Shown here piece by piece: positions 55,970-64,000 of a stretch of 64,000 nucleotides of DNA. The position numbers and the translations under genes are program-made. Origin of the DNA: Klebsormidium nitens (Eukaryota > Plantae > Klebsormidiophyceae); the NCBI GenBank assembly GCA_000708835.1, contig DF237445.1:4216-68215 (forward strand). Reading direction: 5' to 3'. The notes beneath the pieces are model-generated. The model worked only from the letters and a program-made list of their open reading frames with translations. It had not been told where the DNA came from and made no database searches. The stretch's first letter is position 1; the number at the start of each line of letters is the position of its first letter.

Positions 55970-58900
55970 TTACGACGTCGACCCTGCCACTTTCACCATC
56001 TCCTGAACATCGACCATCTTCTCTCGCGGCTTCCCTTTATCCGCCCCCCGCTCGACCTCGACGGCGTCTATCCTCTTCCACCCCTCGAAAGGCACGTGGG
56101 TTACGCCCTTGTCCCGCAGCAAAAGCCTCAGCCCCTCGCCGCCTTGCCGAGCGGCGTCGAACCCGCCAATAAGGCCTCGCTTTGCGTCTTCAGCAATGCT
56201 GGCAACCTGCAGCGGTGCCGATTCGATCAAAGATGCGAACAGAAGCAAGCTGCGCGTAATTGCTGCTCCGCACGCCACGAATGCCGCTCTGCATTGACGA
56301 TGTCAAGTGACAGAACATTCGAAGCACACGGGATCCACGAGAAGGGTCTTTTCGCCCTCGGATCGAAATTTGGCGACATGGATCAGCAATAAAAGGCACA
56401 TGAACGAAAGCATCAACCACAATTCACAAAGTAACACAATCAACACCGATCCTGCCTTCGGACGCAACCTGATTGAAGCCACTTCCCCTTCCAGGAACAT
56501 TAATCGCACATGCAAATGAGCATTCTCACCGTTTCTTCCGCGTCGATCAGGTTCGTTCCGATAATTCCGGTGGGGCCCCGCTTAAGCCAGCCCACTACGT
56601 ACAGCCCCGGAACCTCCCCCGCTGGCGCCCCGCTCGCGCTCGCGCTCGCGCCTTCGCTGCTAAGAACCCGGCCCTGCTGGTGCGGGACCACACCTGCGAA
56701 AATGTAAGACGGGCTGGATGACACCGGTTTTCTCTTAAGGAGCAGAACGTCGACAATCTGCATTTCCAGTCAAACGCGTGCCTGAAGTCAAGCTTTCCAA
56801 CGGGACATACCCTAAATGCTTGTACGATAGCTACACACACGTGAAGGCGGAGTTCAAGGCGTTGTTCAAGGCGTATGTGAATTGCTCCGTTGAGGTTTTG
56901 CAACGACCGACGGCGCCGTTGAGGCGCATGAAGCAAGCAGCCCGAGCTTCCAGCACTGCAGATCTGCAGTCTGCGTTCACTTCAATCGAGAGAAACAAGA
57001 AAACGCATCACAACGCAGACCTTAACGGGATCCGTACCATGCAATTACGGAATAGGTAGCAATAAGACGTGAAGGAGTTTATAAAGAGACCTCCCCTTTC
57101 TAAAGTAACATTCGAATTCTGGCTTCGGATACTGCTGATGGATGGTCTGATAGAGGCCTTTCCACGATTTCTCAGATACCCCGTCATAAACGTGTTCGTT
57201 CTTACCCTTTTGGTAGTCGAAGGGGAGGCCCGGCACTGGCAGCGACTTGTAGCCTATACTCCGCAGCACCAGCCTGCAAGACAATGACCCAATCCTTACT
57301 GCGATCACACTTCTTACCCGGATGGAGGAGGAACTCTCTGGAGCCAACGGCGTTGCTGACGAGCTCCGCAGAAAAGGGTTTCGGCCCGACATCGAAACCG
57401 CTCGACAACTGCAGCCGGACTAGAACGTACGTTTGCGGGACAGCAAAGATACTAGAAGCTGGCCATCTGCCCAATTGTAGCAAAACCTGTCAGAGCTGGG
57501 TTTCGCATCTCACCCGGCCGGCACGTCTTCGAATTCTGCAAGACCGACCGCCCTCTGGGACCTGCCGTTGCCTCCTCCTGCACAAACCCACGGTGTAAAC
57601 CCAACCCGTTTTCTTTTGCTATCTTCCGAGTTCGGAAGAGTTTGGTGCTTCGAAAAAGCAGAGTAGCCACGTTTACGAGCTCAGCATTGCAGTATAGTAG
57701 ACTTATCGGTTAGTTGAGCAGATGCCAAGGAGGGTTTCAGGATCTTAGTCCGTATCCCTTGAGATGTGACGAGGGAAATGTGTCTGTGTCGAAACATCTC
57801 ACTACATCTGTTGTTTTCGGTCTAGTTTTGTAGAAGCAGCTTGCGACCAAGCTGGCGCAACTTTACTAACTGTTCGCTCTTTAGACAGTCTTACCAGGGT
57901 ACTGCACAATATTCGAGACGGGTATACTACCCCACGAAAGGGCCGCATATGAATCACTTTCATTTACGATCTCGTACCGACCCGGAGTGCTGGTCCCTGT
58001 GATAAAAGCTCACCTTCTAGCCGGGTCTTCTGGAACCGCACTCCCCCGACCGTCTGCTTCCCTTGCTCGTCCTTCGACGCGTAGAAGCTGACCGGCGACC
58101 GAAAGAACACCCACTCGAGCTCCTTGGTCGCCCCCGCTGGCGGTGGTCTGGAAGCAGCCTTCTGAAGGAGGTCGAAGACGCGCCGATGCGTGCGGCTCGC
58201 TTTCATCTCCTCCTGAAAAGCACATAGCATTATTCGGTAGGAAAAACGACGTCTACCACGTGATAGCAACCGGAGGCTCTTTCCTTTTGATTTTCGTTTG
58301 AATGGAGAGGGGAGATTGTTTCCTGATGCTCGTCATATTTGCGGATCGCTCACGGATGGTTTCAATCCTTCCATCCAAGTGGCACGGCCAACTTTTCCAT
58401 GTAAGGTCTGTGAAGAATATATCTGAGCGCTATGTGTTAGCGGGGCTAAGTGTGCACGGCGTTTGTTGACTTTGCGAAGATCAGAGTGGCAAAAATGATG
58501 TTCAAGCGCCCGAGCCCGGCGTGGGTAAAGCACAAGTTCTTGCAGATCTTGAACCAATGAGGTGGTTGCAAGACGAGCAAACGAAAACAGAACAAGTGGT
58601 GAATGCTTCACTAGCAAACTAGATGGGCTGGTGTTCCAACAAAACTATAAAAGTCAGTGCCAGCGTACCTGGTCCAGGGCTGTCGTTTGCAGGTCGCTGT
58701 CGTGTATGGTAATTTTAACGTCCTTAAGCCCTGTAGCAAGGCCACCGCCTGTGTCGAAAACAGGGAGCATGCTTAAATCAAGGCCGTCACTGCCTCGAGC
58801 GGTCGAGTTGACGAGCAGAGTTATAAGAAACTCTACACTCATGACAAAAGTAGGCCACCAGTTCGACTCTCAAGCGCTTCGCTTTCACAGAGTACGTACC

Positions 58901-61750
58901 CGGCAATAATAGTAGCTTGCACCAAGAGATTGGCAGAAACCCCACTCCCCCTGAACTTCGAGCAGTAAAGTTGCAGGCTCTTTCTTCTCACGACTCACCC
59001 AGGATCTCCCGTACTTCTTTCGCCGTGCACGCCGCTTGCGCAGGCCCCCGCCGCCCCACGACGAGCACCCGCCGCACCTTGCTCTTCCGCAGCGCCTCGA
59101 GAGCGTGGGCCGCAATGTCCGTTTTAGCGAGCTCGTCCGTGTTGCGCAGCAAAATGCGGGCGCAATCCAAGGCTACGTTGCCCTGCAAAAGGAACTCATC
59201 GATGAGAGTGCTGATGAGGAAGCGTCGTACAGCGACAGGACAATAAGTGGCTTCTCGCGAAGTAAGGAGGTTGTCGCGGCTTCGCAAAAGCGCCAAAGAT
59301 TGTGAAAATCGGGAACAAGGTTGCTTGAAAAGCAGTCATAAATAGTGCCAAACAGTCTTTGACTATCACTTTGTGACGAAGATGCGAAGATACAACCTCT
59401 TGACGAGCTGATTTTGCCATTTAGAATTCGCCTAAGCAGCCAGGAAAAGTAGGTGACGGCAGCGCGTCGCATGCTGACTTGCCCCAGGATGACAGCGGTC
59501 TCGGCCGACTCCAAGTCCACTGGAAGAGAAACGTAGTCAGGATGCCCGTTGTACCACCATACGAACTCGCGAGCCGACAGAACGTTCGGCAGGTCCTGCG
59601 AGCAGACGGATCGACCGTGAGCAGCTGCATACGAGTGCGACGGTGCGTTGAGGGCCGAACGCAACAGTGGCAGCAAAAGTATCCATTACAAAAACAGAAG
59701 GCCTGCCTCGTCTTCTGGTGACATATCGGGTAAGGGTGCTCTAATTAGTAAGCGTCGTAGTAAGCCGTGTACGGTGGAAAAGCTCGAACATAACAATGAA
59801 GGACGTCGAGGAGAGGAAGCCTGCATGTGTCAGTGAGGCGAGAACACAAGAACGGGCAGGCAGGCCCACCATGAACGGTCGATTCCAACAGGAATCAACA
59901 TAAGATTGAAGTGCAAATCCTGCTTGTAAGACATCTCACGATTTGTAAGCGAAACTCTTTGGCCTACCTCGCCAGGGGCCCCCAGCGTCCGACAGCTCTC
60001 GGCACCATAAGCCAGGACAACCTGGCAGTGAAAACGGAAAGACCTTGTTGTTGTCTTCCTTCTGCATTGATCACATGTTGAGACTTCGATCCCTTGGCAC
60101 ACAACTTGCTCATCAGATGCACCAGATTTGGAAACTTTGGATGTGCAGCGTTAACAGGAAGTCGGATTACTTCATCCAGACATAGCTCTCCGTTGTAGAC
60201 ATTTCTGGCAGTCAAATACGGGGAAGATATAGTATCTTCTCTTGCAATTTTAAACAGCAGATAGTGGACGCTCCACATTCTCGAGCAAAGAAGTCATTCC
60301 TGTCCGTAATTTTCATCGAGCAAAAAGCTTTCAAAAGGGCCTGCCTTGCCAAAGAGGGCCTGATTGCAGACAAATGAGGAGACCCCATGAAAAGGAGTGG
60401 TGTCAAGGAACTGAGCTGACCCCATGATATAGCTGTTGGAGCTCCTCGACTGAGACGTCCTTGCCCAAAGTCACGTTGCCAAAGAAGCCGACCCTCTCAC
60501 CAGCAGCAACCGCAGAGAACTGGTTGATGACTGCCTGCAATCAAAGTTGTCTTGTTTTTTATAACCATTTGAAAGTCTTTGAATGGGAAGACTTTTTACT
60601 CGGAATGATCCCCAGATCTACCAACTTCTGCACCCTGTGGAATTCACTCTGCATATCCGGTCTCACATTTGAGAAGCTCCATGCTATGTCTCCAACACTC
60701 AAGAATCTCAAGTGCCACACTTTGCAACATACTACTAAGAAATCGTATTCAGTCAAGGCTGGGAGGATGTGAAAGAGGGCGAAGATTGTGTTCAGGGGAT
60801 GACCTCGAACAAGGCACTCACGGAGTATAATCGACGAGGGGGTTGAGTTGAGGGGGTATCACTTGCCTTGGTCTCCGGGTGGTCCGGAGCCACCCCCGAG
60901 CGAATCAAGCCAAACGGGGTTGGCAGCCTCTCAATGATGTCCACTGCTGCGTTCTGGAACGTTTTTAGTAGCTGCAGGAGGCAAGGGCGCCTTTTAAGAA
61001 GGGACTTCACAAGTAGAGGATTCCCACTCTCTGCCCATCACCAGATATTTGGTGGGGGCTTGCGGCGGCTTCTGTTGCCCCTAAGTCAAGCTCCACGTAA
61101 CCTGCCTTCAAATGGAGCAGTTTTTCGTCGCACCCAGATGGTGCCACACTGAGCCTCTTGGGGTGCCACAGTGAGCCCACATCACACCACCATTTGACTC
61201 AGCTGCAATTGTCTTAGGCAGAATTTTGAAAGGAAGCATTGCCTCACCGCACCATCCTCAAATCAGAAACATTTGAAACTTATCAGAACCTTGTTGAACT
61301 TTCAGAGCTCAAAAGTCTGGTCTTAACTCAGTAAAATGGAGAGCTCATGAGGTTGGGCACTCATTGTAGAAAATCTAGAAAATGCTTGCTTGTAGAAGAT
61401 CAAGCAACATTTCTTGCTTGATTTGTTGTTCAAGCAAGCATCAACATTTGTGTGCACCTCAAACCACTCACTCGATCGGCGGTGTAAAACCCCGCTGGCC
61501 CGCTGCCAACCACTGCAAAACGCAGGAAACTGGCATTGGTTGCTTCTCCTGCATCCTGAGCCCTCTTTGCGCCGCCGCCTTCTTCCTCGTTCTCATTTGC
61601 ATACATTCCCCTGACAGCATTTCCATGAAGACCAGCAATGCTGGACCTCCACGCATTCAGCTGGCTAGAAAGAAGCCCCTCTTTCTGCATGAAGCGGGAG
61701 GCAAATGGAAGCGCACCCCAGAAATTTTGGACAGTGACGCGGCAAGTCAT
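55970..61750 (-). CDS. MFDR: NADPH:adrenodoxin oxidoreductase, mitochondrial (ferredoxin-NADP+ reductase)
   Basis: 12 exons. [97 protein letters not shown]. The start codon (61750 versus 61690) is uncertain. Confidence 0.95.
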
Positions 61751-62384
61751 GGCATGGGGTGGTGCTGAGCTTATTGGCTTCGCTTGTTGGCAGCAATGCT
61801 CTGGACTCTCCCTGCTAACAGTAGGTAATATTATGATAGGGAAGAGCCCCGCGGGCGTGGGCCCTGCGGAAGACCTGATCAAAACTTGAAGTTGAAGGTG
61901 TTTTCGACCTGATTTTGGCTTTGCCCTTAGTAAGGGCCCGCCTTAGGTACTAGCCAGGGGAACCGTGACGTTCAGGAAGAATTACCCGGCCGGGTTCCAA
62001 AGTCCTTCGGAACCGTCCACTAAGGGCAGGCAGTACCCTATCGGGACCTTTCAGCCGTTCGATGGAACGGCCTTCAGGCCTCCCCTCTTTTGAGGCCGAG
62101 TTTTGGGATTCGTTCGGGTATTCTTCGCCCGTATTTTATACGGGGCAGGCTTTAGCAATTAAAATGAATCCCATGTGCAGTGACGTCATCCACTCTTGGC
62201 AAATGAAAATAACTGTACGCTGTTCCGGTCGTTATTTTAGTGACCCGTCGTACGATGACTTTCAATTTGCCGCCACGGGGAAAAGAATATGTTGTGCAAT
62301 GTTGCCACAAAATACAGTAGGATTGCAGCAATTTACCAGCCGGTATTTCAGGTCTGCGTCAGGGTTTCCGGCACAGCCGGTCGA

Positions 62385-62785
62385 TGCCAGTGATCCGGGC
62401 CGGCCGAGTACCGGGTTCAAACTTCAGCCGGTGCCGAAGGCACCTCGCCGGCTCAGTTGCAAGCCTGCAGCCGGTAGAAACAATACCCTGCCGGTCAAGC
62501 TACCAGCGTATAAGGAATCATCTGGCTGTTTTGGCCCCTGGGGCCTGTACTGTTGTAAAACTACCCTTTTTAGACTTCTCAGTGGTCAAAAAGTCCCTAA
62601 AAAGGTTCCAAACTCCGGGAAGAAAATTCACAAACTTTTCAAATCCGGTCGGTTTTCATCCGGAAATGGTTTTTGAATCGTGGTGGCGACTTGTTCGGGC
62701 CGGCAGTCAAGAAGAGCTGGCCGGCAGAGATCGGGGGCTGCCGGCTGAGTGCCCGGTTGCGCCAGAATCCATGGGAAACACTGGT
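62385..62785. repeat. CCGG-rich degenerate inverted repeat / fold-back element
   Basis: 17 CCGG in 62340-62756. Segment 62410-62483 aligns loosely with the reverse complement of 62690-62757 (accggg..tcagccgg..gccggc.cag..gccgg..aacaa). Confidence 0.45.
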
Positions 62786-62828
62786 CTGCGTTAAATGACG
62801 GACTAGTTTTAAGGAATAATAAGAGCTA

Positions 62829-62955
62829 GGTATAATAAATTAAAGCTCCAACTAACACTAAAATCCTAACCCAACAATTCACGCGCTCCGCACCCGTACC
62901 CACCCTAACCCCCAAACTAACCCCACCCGTCCCAGGCTGGCGAGCTTATTATACC
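62829..62955. mobile_element. MITE-like non-autonomous element, copy 2
   Basis: 127 bp with a perfect 10-bp terminal inverted repeat GGTATAATAA/TTATTATACC, preceded by TA and followed by TG. The internal sequence is homologous to 6365-6493. Confidence 0.7.
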
Positions 62956-63502
62956 TGCCGCTTTTAATATTGTTCCTAAATTACCGTACGGTTAAAGTCC
63001 GAGTTGTCTGCGTACTTCAGGGTTTCAGTGCTTCTTTTTTACGAATTGCGGAACACGAAGTTTCCTTTACGGTCGAGCGTGCGGTACGGGTGAACATCAA
63101 TCGTGCGGCTCAGAATAGTGGCCCAGGTAACGATTGCTCGCTAAAGTGGGCGTTCCAAAGTGTCAGCACTGACGTCATGTCACGGCGACTGATCCGATGA
63201 AGTTGAACCTGAGCCAGGACTTCGGCCGTCGCTGCGCTGGTTACCGGCACGAAACCCGGCAGTTGACGTTCGCGATTCTCACTCAAATTTGCGTGAGACC
63301 CCCTGCCGCTAACTGAGTTCTGGTATAAGTCTACTTGCGTCAGAGGGAGTCGCCAGTACGCCCACAGGATGGTCCCTCAAGAGTCAAGGGCCTCGACATT
63401 CTTTGGAAATTGCCAGGACGGAAAAGGCAGTCAAGGCAGGCCTGCAGGCTTGCTCTTCATGACAATCGCAGATCAGCACTCGCTGTTTTTTCCAGTGGCC
63501 CA

Positions 63503-63541
63503 CAAAGGCGCACATAATTGTGTCAAAGGCGCACATAATTG
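63503..63541 (+). repeat. Direct repeat, 2 x 18 bp
   Basis: CAAAGGCGCACATAATTG at 63503 and 63524, separated by TGT. Confidence 0.85.
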
Positions 63542-64000
63542 GGCAGGGCCTACGACGGTGGCGGCCAGCTTACATTCATTAGCCAGGTGGGAGTAGGGTG
63601 CCAAAGCTAGTCTATGGCAAGCAAAGCTACCGCTGGCATGTAACGGTAAGCCTCGCTCAAGGGCGAACCCTTCTCATGTGCATTCACAGCTGCAAAAAAT
63701 TTTCATTTTGGGGCCATTTGGTGTCTGTCCTACCTGTAGCGCAATAAGTCTAACAGCTTACAGATCATCTTTGAGTCAAAGACATTTCCAGCGGCCATCA
63801 TAAGCACTTTAGGGACATACAGGAGAGTTTGCAAAAGCAGGCTACATTTGACTGGATGAGAACGTAGCTCATGAATGTCGCTTCACGAAGTAAGCCAGAA
63901 AAGTGTGTAAGCAGGCTACATTGCTGAGTGCCAGGCTTGCTGCAAATCCATAGCTGTAACGATTACGACTGGTTAAGCCTAACCTCGTTCTCGACAGGAT

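Noticed and set aside
62337-62475. CAGCCGGT repeated four times with unique 29-43 nt spacers, superficially CRISPR-like
   Set aside because: The repeat is only 8 bp, spacing is irregular, no cas genes are present and the context is eukaryotic.
62062-62676. 204-aa plus-strand ORF upstream of MFDR
   Set aside because: No recognisable domain; it runs through the hairpin and CCGG repeat region, where low stop density is expected.

Overview
Intron-rich eukaryotic nuclear DNA from a green plant lineage. By inference it is a streptophyte alga, Klebsormidium-like, judged from the intron sizes and the plant-type plastid proteins. Twelve protein-coding genes alternate strand perfectly (+-+-+-+-+-+-): a 5'-truncated RCC1+HECT (HERC-type) E3 ligase, plastid threonine synthase, a DEDDy exonuclease+Mut7-C protein, aspartylglucosaminidase, plastid IscA, a flavin amine-oxidase/carotene-desaturase-family protein, PsbP-like PPL1, an orphan putatively secreted acidic protein, a Nudix hydrolase, a frameshifted BTB/POZ gene, PTRHD1 and mitochondrial adrenodoxin reductase. 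No rRNA, tRNA, CRISPR array or autonomous transposon was seen. Notable observations: a stop codon in the Nudix gene that coincides with a perfect in-phase splice donor (possible intronization); a single-base frameshift in the BTB gene; 4-5 GC-AG introns among about 73; two adjacent stop-free 3n introns; a two-copy MITE-like family plus several fold-back elements; and a dense GTAC cluster in a divergent promoter. All splicing was reconstructed by eye without RNA data.
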